64,000 nucleotides of DNA from Klebsormidium nitens. Taxonomy: Eukaryota > Plantae > Klebsormidiophyceae. The notes beneath the pieces are model-generated. The model was not told the DNA's origin, searched no databases, and saw only the letters and a list, made by a program, of their open reading frames with translations. The position numbers and the translations under genes are program-made. This document shows, piece after piece, positions 30,601-42,287 of the stretch (position 1 is the stretch's first letter; each line of letters opens with the position of its first letter). The DNA is taken from assembly GCA_000708835.1 (NCBI GenBank), contig DF237389.1, forward strand, positions 12,838-76,837. The letters are read 5' to 3'.

Positions 30601-33600
30601 GAGGCGCTTGAAGGTGACCCACAACCAGCACCTTTCGTTGCAAGTTGCAGCGCGACACACGTCTTCTCTTTTCGGCTTCAATAGGCCGAACGTCAATTCA
30701 GATGGCTGGCGACTTCTTACGTCGAGACCACAGACAAAACGTCTAACTCTCGAAAAGATCTTGAGGCGAGCGTTCCAGCCGATTGACAAGGTCGGTTGTT
30801 CGACTTTCTGACCGGATCAGGGCGGGTCTGTCTCGAAACCTAATTGCTGCCACCTTGGAAGGCAACACAGGATGTAAATTCAAACTCTTGAACCTTCTTC
30901 CCGGAGCAATAAGCACCCCAAAAGACCTGATGCACACGAGAAAAAACAATCCACAGAACCTACCACTTATTTTTGGCACCCAGGTTTCCCACCTGTCCGA
31001 GTAGGCTGGTAAGCAGGTCGTCTGAATGCAGGTGGTAGGGCGTCATATAGCCGCCCTCGCCGCCAAAGATGAGCGCCAGCGGCAGCCGGTCCGGCAGCCG
31101 GGGGGGCAGGTCGGAGCGCTTCTCGTCCCCCCCCAGAAAGAAGTCGATGTAGCCCAACAGCAGGTCGGGCGTCCAGTGGACCTGCGCGAGAGGAGTAAGC
31201 AATGAGCGCCAAAGAAAGGCAATGCCTACATTTGAAGAATACTGCTGATGTCCCGCTGAATTGACCTTGCAGCCCAGCCTTGCGCTCTTTCGTTGCTGAC
31301 CTGCCAGGAAACAAAGACGATTTTGAGCTGTCCTTGCTTCCAGTCTCCAGAAGCGTAGCTTTCATTTGGTGGATGAAGGCTGGGTGAGTCAATCGCTTAA
31401 TTCTCAATCAAAGAATTGTGTCGTACAACTAAAGGCGTTGCGGAAAGTGATTGCTTGCGGACCCTTCAGCCTCTTATCCCGTCAACGAAAGCCAGACCCC
31501 AGAGACGGCCGAACCCTTTCTCTCTCATGTTCCCGAGTCCGTAATCTCTCCGCAGCTTGACCTTCTCGACGAGCGCTCTTGAAGCCCTGAATGCCGGAAC
31601 CGCTCATGACCAGATTTTCCACGACATACGGATCCTCCAGATTGCGTAACCCCTGCATTTCGCCAGATCTTCCTACCGTTGAGCTTCCAGAGTCGGACTA
31701 GAGGTTCTGGTTCTGCGTTGCAAGACGTTCACGGTCATCGCAAATCACGGCGATGATCGGTAAATGTGGTAGGCTGCCCCATGTTATATTCATCCACATC
31801 TGACAGCGTCAGCGTCGTCTTAACTGTACCGAGATCCGATCAAGGCCTGTTACATCGTCGAGTGAAACCCGTAAGAATTCTGAACCCATCCCCGTACCTT
31901 GATAACTCTTCCGTTTCAAAACAGAACGCCTTAAAAGCAGAAAGCTCCTAAGCTGACTCTCAAGACCAACTCTCGAGATTACCTGCTACGCCAAGGAAAC
32001 CATCCTGCACCCCCAAAGTAACCCTACCGGTCGAAACTGTGGTGTTCCCATCATATTAAACGCATATGTTTCCGAGGTTGGATCGTACCTTGAGCCCCTC
32101 GTAGAGCGCGCGCGCGCGGCAGGAGCGCAGGCACGCGTGGTCGTACTCCTTGGAGACGTACTGATGGAGCGCCTGCGCGCGCACCTGCCGCCGCCACTGC
32201 AGCCAGCTCCACGCCAGAGGGCAGCACACCGCCAGCAGCGCACTGTACACCATGCCCTCGTACCTGGAAAATAGTGTCAACTAGTTCGCGTTTCCGCTTT
32301 GTCTGCGGAAGTGCTTTTCAAGTGTCCTCAAAGCATGCCCTCGTACCTAGCGGGGAAGTTCTAGTGTTTCTACATTTGCTGTTTGCACATTTCTGGAAGT
32401 CCTTCTCGTGTGCTCGTACAAGATGCGCTTGTACCTGCGAGGAGACGATAAGTACACCTCGTTTTCTCTGCTCGGACGTCCGTGAAAAGTGGTTCGTATC
32501 TGCTCGTCGATGTGGTTCTCGCTTTCGCTACTTGTACGGTTTTAGAAGTGCTTCTTGCGTGCTTTTACAAGGTGCCCTCGTACCGGGCGGGAATGGTCTC
32601 GTTCGTGTGGTTTGGAAATCTTCAAAAGTGCTTCTTGTGTGCCCACATGACAGCCCTCGTACCGGCAGAAATGTGGAATTCGTTCTCGCTTTTGCTGATT
32701 ACACGTCTTGAGACCTGCTTCCAGTGTGCTCGTATGACATGCCCTCGTCCCTGCCAAAAAACGTTTATGAGTAATCCCTCGCTTTTGCTACCTGTGCGTC
32801 TATGGAAGCTTTTCTTAGTTTTCGGAAAGCATGCATGCGTCCGTAACTGCGACACGAGAGCAGCTTGCAGTCTCCTTGGATCACTCGCCATCTTCTTTGC
32901 AAAGCCCATCCTATCTCACTGCAGCATGACTTCGTAATTGCATACGCAAAAGCCCCCTGTGTTGTGATCTTGTAAGTACGATTGCTTGTGAGCACTCTCC
33001 CACTCTCCCACTTCTAGTAAACACAGTAGCATGGGTTAGTCAGTCAGCTTTCAAGAGCAGAGGGGCTCGTTAGTTGATACTAGAACCAATGATGCTATAT
33101 GCCAGCGTCAATCTGATTGCCAGGTTCTTGATTGAAGTGGTGTCTCTTGGAACACCAAAGGATATCGAAGGACACGTTGTCCGTTCCCGCAACCAGCCGT
33201 TTGTTCTGCTCCTCTTTCGCCACTTCGTAAAGGTGTTCGGACTTTGCAAAGGGGTGTCGAAAACGGCCCGCCGAATTCTCACCATTGGTAGCCCGCTCGC
33301 TCATTAACCGCCTCCACGAATCGGTTGTATGCGTCCTCATACACCAGGTCTAGGATCTGTTCCGGGGGCGGGTGCGGCAAGCGCCACGGCTCGCCGAACG
33401 AGTTGCTGCCCGTGAAGTACAGACGGTGCAAATGGCCCGCAGACTCCTCCGCGCGGTTGCTCTCCATCACCTGGGGAGGTTCGTGCGGGTTGGTCAGTGC
33501 GAAAGGCGGCAAGTTTGACTTGTCGTCTCGTCGACTATCAGAACCAAAATATTTTCGGGGAGTTAAATGCGGGAGGGTCGGACTTGGAAGCAGCAACACG

Positions 33601-36600
33601 GATGCTATAAGCTTTGCTCCCCTGCATTGAAAGACAAATGCAACATGTGAGCACTTGAGCATAATGAGCTTTTACCAGTAGATCGAGCGGTGGGCAATTC
33701 CAGACAAACAAGAGCATTTGACAATCTCTTAGACCTATGTGCAAGAGCCCTCAGAGCTCTTGCATATACAAAGGCATAGCAGCACTCCGGATTCTGCCCG
33801 AAAGCACCTCTTCCAGAGCAGTCCATTGGGCCCGGAATCATCTAACCCCACATCCTCAAACAGCAAAAGAATTCCGAGCTCGGAATTCCGACCAACTGCC
33901 AGAGCTCTGCAGACTGGAGCTTTTAAACATCGCATCCCAGCCCAATGTTTTCCACCCTTGCTCGCACTCTCACCTCGTTGAGCGACTCCAGGAAGGGGTG
34001 GCTCTGGTTGATGTGCATCGCGTCGGGCGTCTTGGGGCTGGGCGGGTCGTCCGCCTCCCACGTGCCAGCAATGCGGACGCGCGCCACGCTCAGTGTGACG
34101 GCCATGAGAACTAGAACGGCGGCATTCAGCAGGCTGAAGGTGAGCGGCCCGCCGAAGCTGGAGATGAGGTCCTCGATGGGCGTGTTGCAGTGGGGGAGGC
34201 TGTACTTGGAGGCAACGCACTCGTACGGGCACGGGCGGGAGGTCACGCCGCCTGCGGAAGAAGTAACAGGCTTGGGGTTCACGATTCGGGAATACCATTA
34301 GGCATGGGCGGGAGATCACGCTGCCTGTGAGAGAATACAGTAAACGGTACTGTCTGGGGTGGGGATGAGTAGCTTACGTCAGGCTTCGGTGGCAAAAGCG
34401 GACGCATGCTTGGAATGTCGATCGCAGAATAATGATCCTGAACCGAAAGAAGGGTTGCGCCAGCATATATCCATTTCGTCGCAGGTGACGAAGCCAGCAG
34501 CATGTTACAAAATCCCAGTGAGGCTTGCTTGCATCCTGGCAGGTGCTTCATAAAAGCCCTAGAACGATATAGCCGAGCATTAGTGTCTAGATAGTCAAAA
34601 CTCCTGAGGCGAGTCCGTGAACTTAAGAGAGTAGCTTCCCAGCACAATACACAAACGCATCAAGCAACTGCGTTACACAGGAAAAACGGTTGCTCCCACA
34701 TGCCTGCTGATATTCAGATGCGCATGAAGCTGCTCGCGATTTGTGTGCGCACCTTTCTTGGCAATGTGGCGCGAGTGGTGGGGCAGATCTTCCGGTGGGC
34801 ACGGCTTGCAGAGCGACTCGTTGTATCCGAACTCGTTCTTGTAAGTCCCCAGCGGACACTCGTCGCAAAACAGCCCGTACAGCCCCGGGGGGCAGTCCAG
34901 CGCAGTCAAGCTCCCGGGCTCGCCGTCCCCGCCGTCGTGATTGCCGCGACCGCCGCTGCGCCAATGTAGGAAACATACGGTTTGGAATGGTGTCTTATGC
35001 AGGATCTAAGTCGGACGTTCTTTGGCTTGTGTGCTATTTGAGTTGTCGGCTCTTGTTTGGTGAGTGTGCTAAGGATTGACAGCTCGCGACCAGGACGTAC
35101 AGACTGCAGTCTATGCTGTTGGACAAGCTCCATGAGCACTTTCGGCTGCAATAGTAAGACATCTATCATCCGACGTTGCTTTCGTGAAGCGAGCGCCTCC
35201 AGTCTCGGACCCTATATGGGATTATAGCGAGCGCACGTGGAAATCCCTCAGAAACAAGATTCTGCACGGACAGAGAAGACCTACCAAGTTCGTCTTGATC
35301 AACGTTACGAGGATAACACTTGGCCAAGTACTGGCCGATCAGACAGTGCAAGCAGCTTCACGGTCAGCGCCAGATAGAAGTAAAAGAACGACGAAAGGGC
35401 AGAGGATAGTTGCGAAGGGCTCCTCACATGCTCCGTAACACTCCGCTCGAGTTCGCCTTCCGCACATATGCATCCCCCTCCTTTATATTCGCCCACTCGA
35501 AGTGGACCCTCCCCCCGGCCCCGCCCCCTCCTCCAATCGACCCCCCAGAACCCCCAGAGCTCGAAATGATGGAACCCGGCTCCCCCTGAAACGAGTTGAG
35601 AAACATCAGGATCGTTCCCCCAGACCCGCCACCCCCTCCCGCCGAAATCGCTTGAGGGCTATTCGCACTAGTCTGTCCATCAGCCAGAACCCACCCCCTT
35701 AGTTCCAGCATCTGCAGCGGGTGCGCCTTCCCCCCCAGAACGATCACCCCGCCCCCCGCCCCGTCTTCCCCAGTTCTCGAAACACCCCCCCCGCTGCCCA
35801 ACGCGCACGGCAGAGCCGCCGCACCGTAGGCGCCCCCCCCTAGCGCGGTGTTATTGTTGAACGACCCGTTTCCGCCTCTCCCGCCGTGCCCCCCCCGCCG
35901 CCAACCCCTTCCGCCCCAGCCTGTCCGGCCCCCATTCCTTGCCCCCCCCCGCACCCCTGTCCGGCTGCGGTCAACTGCCCCCCCTTGTCGATGGTCACCA
36001 ACTTGGTCCTCTGTATGTGCACCACGGCGCCTTTTACCACCCCCTCGATCAGCAGCTCCTCAATGCGGCACAGCTGCAGTGTGAACGGGGACTCCGGGTC
36101 GATGCTGCAGTCCTGGGAGGTTTGGATCACACTAGGGGGGCACGTGGGCTGGTCGCAGTAGAGCGCGACGGGGGCCCCCTCGGAGTCGCTGAAACTGGTG
36201 GGGGCTTGGAGGGTCGCGCCCGCGGCGACTTTGAGCAGGAAGAAGAGCGAGACGAACAGCTTGCGCGCGGCGATGCGACAGCTGTCGTAAACGGCCATCA
36301 GGCCCTGACCCTGGATGCCCAGGTTCGCGTTCGACTCGATGCTGGACAGCGTCTGCGAAGAAGAGCGGACGGAGATCCATAAGCACGTTCGATATGACTC
36401 ACAAGCAGCGTAACTGGCATGGGGTTCTGTAGGACTGACTATCACTCCGTTCCTTTCAAAGTACCAGGTGGTGTTTACGTGGATCTCGATGCTGGACAGC
36501 GGTCGGCAGAAGGGCCAAAAGAGCGACTAATGTGGGCGGTCGACAGTCCAGCTCTTTTCACATCCAGGTTTGAAGGAGAAGACGCTCTCGTGGTTGTACC

Positions 36601-39600
36601 CAAGGATGCCGCTCTGAATCGTCCCTGAGGGAAACCTGGCAACCGTGATTCTTTTCCGCTCAGACTTCTGTCTTCGTCCGGAGGACTTGTCAGAATTGCC
36701 GTCGTCCACTGAAGGGTTCTCAGAAGTTCAGCCGAAACCTTCCCCAAGGGCCCCTGTCGCAGGCGATCTTCCAACACACAACCAAACTTTGGAAGGGAAG
36801 AGTGCCCTGATCGCCAGCAAATCGACAAACCGTATCTTTTGAAATGATTCCCGAGTACTGAGCTCGAGGTGATTGACCTCCACGACCGTCGTTCTTGTCA
36901 GCACAAACGAACCCCTGATGGTTTCCAACGTTGCGTTTGCGAGGAGCAGCTGGTTGGCACAAACCGCAATTGCACTCTCAACACCCCAAAACTTTGAAAG
37001 TATGAACTTCAAAACTCTGAAAGCAAAGTCCCACCTTGAGCTCTAGGTGGTTGACCTCCACGACCGTCGTTCTCGTGAGCACGGACGAACCCCCGATGAT
37101 CTGCACCGTCGCGTTGTCTAGCAGCAGCTGATTGGCGGCCAGCTTCATGGCGCCGTAGACGTACATGCTCGAGTTGCGCATCACGATCTCGTCGCCAAAA
37201 AGTTCGAGCTCCGCCCACGCGGTGCCCGCCAGCCCGAAGTTGAGCACCGAGAAGCCTGTCAGCACGATCTTGCCTTGCACCTGGGAGGGAGGAAGAACTA
37301 GTGTTTCTAGCCACGACCCAGTTTGCATGGTGCTGGACCTTTTCTGGCTGAGTTGTCAGTATGGTTTGTGCAACTTCCGACGCCAGTCGATGTATTCTCC
37401 GTTTAGATCCCGTGTTTCCAAACCCTTTCAACTTCGACAAACCTGAAAATCGTGATCCCAGCATCTGGAGAGCCTGCGATTGAAAAGTGTTAGGCGTTGA
37501 GACCGCCCGCTACCCGCCCCCTGCTCCAGGACAAAATCTCGACGAGCCTGAATTGCTCAGACCTACGAGCGGAGAGATACAGACTCGTGAGCCTTTGTAC
37601 TAGAAAAGCGGCCGCACCTGCACCCTGTTCAGACCGAGAGCACATCATTTGAGTAGAGACTCTCAGTGGCTTCAAAACACGCAAAATTCCAGTTGAGCAC
37701 TCTGTAAGCGTCCGCACCTGTACTCTGGTCCAAAGCAAGACAGTCCGGACCGCCAAAAGACAGAAATGTAGAACCCAAAAGCCGCGAACGCCTTGCACCT
37801 CCACCCTCCTCCAGAGCGAGAGCCCGACAACCTTGAATCCGCATATTGTATTAGAGTAGTATGCTATTTCGCAGGAACGTCTTCCGCAAAAGCGGCCGCA
37901 CCTGCACCCTGCTCCAGAGCGAGAGCACGACGACCTTGGCCTGGTCGTCCATGACGAAGTTGGTCCACAGCGGGTGGTTCGGAAAGTCGAAGAGCGGCGT
38001 GCGCGTGCGAGTGTGCCGCCCCTCGTTACTAATCGTCAGCGTTTGCAGCGATACGTCGAACAGCGTCCCCGCGGCGCCCGCGTTGTCAGGGCAGCCCAGG
38101 CTCTCGCCGCCTGCAGAGACCGAAGGATTGGTGTGATGACTGTTGGAGCGTTCATTTTCGAGGCGGTGACTTGTCTTTTCATTTGGTGAGATGTGCTGAC
38201 AGCGTCATTATACGGCGTCCATAGCTGGTTGCCAAGAAAAGTGAACGAAGCAAAGCAGGCCAGCTTTTGAGGAACTTGGAGGCCGTAATGAAGAAGCTAA
38301 GCAGGCCAGTTGAGTTCATTGACGTGGTAGGGTGGGTATGCTTAACGCTGTCTTGATCGAAACAACGTTCTTTGCTACCGTACCGGAATGGTATGATTCC
38401 GGAGAATCAAATAATATATTTGCCCCTCGGAAAGCTACGTTACCTGTTTTTCGTCCGGAAAGTGATTTTCCGGATTCAGTAGATAATTCCCGACTTGCTG
38501 TCGGAAATGAAAAATCGACAACCGGTCACTCTCTTCGCAGCTTTTTGGGGGCAAAAGGTGCTCAGGAGCGTTTTCAGGGCGGATTCTGAAACAGGTCGGG
38601 ATCATGAATTATTCGTCAAAAGAGGTCGGATTCAATCAAAATAACTGTCATTTTCGAGCATTCGGAATCATACCGTTCCGGTACGGTATAATGGTTGGGT
38701 AACGGCCATACCCACAAGAGAACGTGATGGACCAGTTCTTGACTTACATCCCATCTTACAGAGGGTTTGAACTGCAAAACAATTGAACTTATATTCGACA
38801 TCCGGATGAATCAAAGAAGGCAGCATTGCTAAAACCCAACTCGTTGCATCCTTTTCTGTTGATTCTTGATCCTACCTCCTTTTATGAGGTCTACTCGACT
38901 GACAAAAAAGTGACGAACCATCGGTAGAGGGGATCTCTACCTCAAGACGAAAAATGTGTCTTTGCCGGGAGCCAGGGCAGAATTTTGAACACTTCTGTTG
39001 TCCTCACCGTTTGCCACGATGTCCACGTTCGAGCGGCTCTCAAAGTCAAAAGCCACCCGGCCACCTCCTCCTCCAGCGTGACCATCCCCCCCTGCTGCGC
39101 TGATGCGGCCGGTGGTGAGACCGTCACTGCAGAAAGAAGGTGTCGTTGATGCAACTTTCGCGAAAAGTGGAGCGGGCTGGCCTAGTACATGAGCCCATCC
39201 TGCGGGCGTATTGCCATGCATGGGTCGACCGCGCTGAGGCAAACAAAGCTACTGCGCCGATCCGGTCAAACAGACCCTTGCAACGCTTCCACTGCGTCAA
39301 TATCAATCTGTGTTTCTGACAGATCGGACCACCTTTTGAGATTTGGATCTTGCTCCATATATCAGACGCAGACTTCTTTTTGAAAAGTACGAAATCACTT
39401 ACAGTGTGCGTGCTTTTGCAACGACACTGCCCCCAGATCCGCCCCCGCCGCTGTCTTGCCCGTCCCCTCCCTCTGCGCTGATCTCCCCTTCAACATACAG
39501 CAGCTCACGGGCTACCATGTGGATGCGCCCTCCGCCACCGCCACCTGGCACCAGGAGGATAGCGGTTTCGAATCTCTTGGTTAGGCGGCAGATCCCCCTC

Positions 39601-41385
39601 TCAACAATGTTTTATATCAATGCGCATAGATGGATTGCTTCTCTCTTTGGACTGCAATGACAGGAATAAAGGTATCAATCCAATGGTAAGCCAATGGTCT
39701 AGCCAATGATCCAATGATCCAATGTTCCATTGGTAGATAAAAGCAAGCACATCCCATGGCACTAAGTGCCCCTTTCTTCTGCATCCAGACGAAGGGAGAA
39801 GTGCTGTATTTTAGTTTACTGCCACAGACAACTAATAGAAGGGCAAGGTCAAAAGAACTTTAGCGAAGAGTTTGACCAACTTCATTGGCCTCAGGTTCAA
39901 ACGGACCAGAATACAACAGGTGTGCCTTGCCTTGCCTTGTGGAAGCCACCCGTCTAATGTGCAACACTAATATACTGACAGCGCAATTGAACCACACTCA
40001 GATTTGGTTGTCAAGGTTGAGATCCGCAGGACATGTGCGAGTCTGGCAGACTGACCTGTCCCATTGCCTTTGGTTGGGCCCCCCTTGCTGCCAACCATCC
40101 AAGGGGCATCCAGAGTGGACCACGCATACACGTCGCCCCCCCAGGTGTCAGTAGAGAAACTTGCCCCCTTCTTTGAACAAGATGCCCCCTGGAAAGGACA
40201 GGACAAACTGTGACCTGGAAGTTTGCGCGCAACGGTGTGCTTGCTCAATCAGTCCAGCAGAATAGCACCTCCGCTTTTACAGGCAGCTTTTGTTGCTCAG
40301 ATGCCGTATTGCTTTTGTCATTATGCCTACATGCCTTTCACATCCAGTAAGGCCAATCTGAAAAACAGTACAGCAGTTACACTAAGAATCAAAAGAAAAC
40401 CCAAAGAATGCAAGTAGACAGCTGTCAAAAAGCCCCTTTCTCTTGCTCTCCTAGAGACAAAAAAGCTCGAGGCACTGAGCCGTATGGAGCTCCTACAGCA
40501 ATCAGCGAACGACCAGAAACCGCAAGGTTAGATCTCCCGCCTTCCTGGTGGGAGACTGATAACTTTGGAACTACAAAAACTTTACTGCCTCTGTTCAACT
40601 GCAGGCTTAGACTGTTCCTGACCATTGCGCGTCAGCAAATGCTTCTCGACGGTGCCTTCATTGGCAAATTTAAAAAAAACTTTGGCTCTTACCCGGCCCC
40701 CATGTCCTCCCCCGGAGCCATCTGAGGTGGTGGGGCTGCCGCTTGTCTGGGGGGGCGGTTTGCCCCCTAGTGCCTTGGCACTGATTGTCCCCCCCTTTTT
40801 TATGACAACATTCTCCGCCTCTACATGTAATTGCCCTCCCACAATTGCTGCGTCCTTCAGCAATTTCAAGTCGCCTCCGAGGGTTATGTTTATGAGGCAG
40901 TCTGGGAGGGAGCAATTGATAGTGACGCCCTGAAGCAGAGTCAGGTTGCCGGCCCCCTGTATACTTGACGCACCGCTGAGAGTGACCGAATCTTTCAGCT
41001 CACAAGTAGCATCCAGCGACCCTTTGCCTCCAAGGTCAACGTCACACGCTAAACTAGCCTGCAATTGATCGCTCGATAGCAAACCTTCGCTGCTACCAGT
41101 GACGAGCGGCAAATTCGGATGCTTTGCCGAAAGCAGCCTGCCTTCAGCTGCAACCTTATTCTCAGGATTCGGTAGCTCCCAGCGTGCAATGTCCCGGGGG
41201 TTTTCTAGGCGAAACCCCTCTTCTGAAACGCTCGTCTTGTGAAGCTGAAGCCCAACTCCAACCCGCTCTCCATGCAATGCCTCTGCGGATTGGAATGCCA
41301 GAAGGATGCTCAACAACAAAATGGCCCTCGTCGACCGCCCCATTCCAAACTTACAAGGTTTGGGCCTCCTTCGCAGGTCGTCCAT
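27673..41385 (-). CDS. Large uncharacterised glycine-rich secreted/membrane protein, Arabidopsis At5g11700/At4g32920-like; one apparent frameshift at 35889-35896
   Basis: Signal-peptide-like start (ATG at 41385 or 41343, MGRSTRAILLLSILLAF), then PPPQTSGSPTTSDGSGGGHGGR, WGGDVYAW, GCPDNAGAAGTLFD, LWSRVQ, GGGGGAGGRVHFEW, CPPGLYGLFCDECPLGTYK, EYDHACLRSCRARALYEGLK, YIDFFLGGDEKRSDLPPRL, a multi-TM segment and a terminal VGNLEIADRTLYSEDPTNFW. Order and motifs are colinear with the recalled plant family. Confidence 0.88.
28500..29030 (-). repeat. Four tandem acceptor-plus-exon-start units (one real, three intronic)
   Basis: On the minus strand, cag|g(c/t)tgcggtgggcctgct occurs with exon-start positions 28558 (in frame), 28712, 28853 and 29010. 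Each is preceded by a ctaac/ttaac branch-like motif. Confidence 0.92.
30399..30460 (-). repeat. Intronic copy of an exon start with the acceptor AG changed to AC
   Basis: 30399-30452 aligns without gaps to 30239-30292 (47/54 identical, offset 160). Confidence 0.9.
32250..32800 (-). repeat. About 80-90-bp decayed tandem array of an acceptor plus exon start
   Basis: Variants of tgccctcgtacc occur at about 32253 (real), 32336, 32424, 32573, 32652 and 32740. Confidence 0.8.
34300..34332 (-). repeat. Single copy of an acceptor plus exon start, 73 nt upstream of the real acceptor
   Basis: Minus strand cacag|gcagcgtgatctcccgcccatgcc versus the real cgcag|gcggcgtgacctcccgcccgtgcc (exon start 34251). 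Confidence 0.8.
36860..36970 (-). repeat. Intronic copy of an exon 3' end with its reading frame still open
   Basis: ANQLLLANATLETIRGSFVLTRTTVVEVNHLEL versus the real exon ANQLLLDNATVQIIGGSSVLTRTTVVEVNHLELK at about 37035-37140. Confidence 0.9.
37500..37945 (-). repeat. Tandem array of an exon 3' end plus donor (real donor at 37902/37901)
   Basis: Variants of gcacctgcaccctgctccagagcgagagc occur at about 37898 (real), 37795, 37714, 37614 and 37510, with a period of about 80-105 bp. Confidence 0.85.
38378..38686. mobile_element. MITE-like element, 309 bp, TA target-site duplication (Tc1/mariner type)
   Basis: Left terminus ccgtaccggaatggtatgattccg (38378-38401) matches the reverse complement of 38663-38686 at 23/24 positions. 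TA lies at 38376-38377 and 38687-38688. There is no ORF, and the element is intronic. Confidence 0.85.
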
Positions 41386-42287
41386 GGCTCCTGCCTGGAT
41401 GCAACATGAGGGCCGTCCTTTTCACCGACACAGGGAACGGTTTCTGAGCAGACGGCGAGTCCTGAGCCCAATGTTGCATGCAACCTGCAACTAGGAGGTC
41501 AGGAGTCTACCTGCAACTAGCTGGTCAGGAGTCAGGACTCAGGAGCAAGGATGCAGCCTCAGGAGTCAGGCCGGAGTTTGGTCCCGCAAATCTAGCATAC
41601 CTGGGTAGATTTCTCAATCAACAGATCGTGATCGTCCATCCCTCCTTTTTGCACTGTTTGACGGCAGCGATGAACCCTGAGTTTGCAGCGTTAGCTCTCC
41701 CATTGGTCGACATGGCTCTTGCGCGAATCTGTAAGCATGTCCTTAGCATTCTATGTAGCCGATCGAGCTACCTACATGACGCACCCAGCTGATGACCAGC
41801 ACAGGACAAGATAATACAATTAAGAAGTTTGAGACCATTATGTAGCTGGTTGGACTCGAGAAATCAAGTGAGCGACGTTTCCTAGCTGCTCGGATATTCC
41901 AGGCTGTACCGATATACTAAAACGTATCTGTTTGAAGAAATCATGCATGATTGAAGGCGCGGGCCAACTATAAGGTTTTGAGGAGCTCCGACGAAATCAC
42001 CCGTACCATATGCCATCATTATTCGAAATTGAAACAACTGGGCGGCACTCTTCAAGAATTGGACTTGGTGAGCGGCGTGAGAGATGGTGGAACTTTCAAA
42101 GCAGAATGTTGCAGATTGCAAACTTGATTTAGTATGCCCATCGATGACGATGAAGCAATGCACCCGCCTTTAACTCGGTGTAAGATTTGAGCAAATGCAA
42201 TCTGCAACATTTTGCTTCAAATGCTCATAGTCTCTCTTCTTTGGGCGACTAAGTTCGCACACAATTCCTGCTTCTTGCGACCGACGT

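Noticed and set aside
35400-36450. Long Pro-rich plus-strand ORFs overlapping the glycine-rich exon
   Set aside because: They are antisense shadows of GGG/GGC-rich coding sequence. The same applies to most overlapping ORFs in the track.
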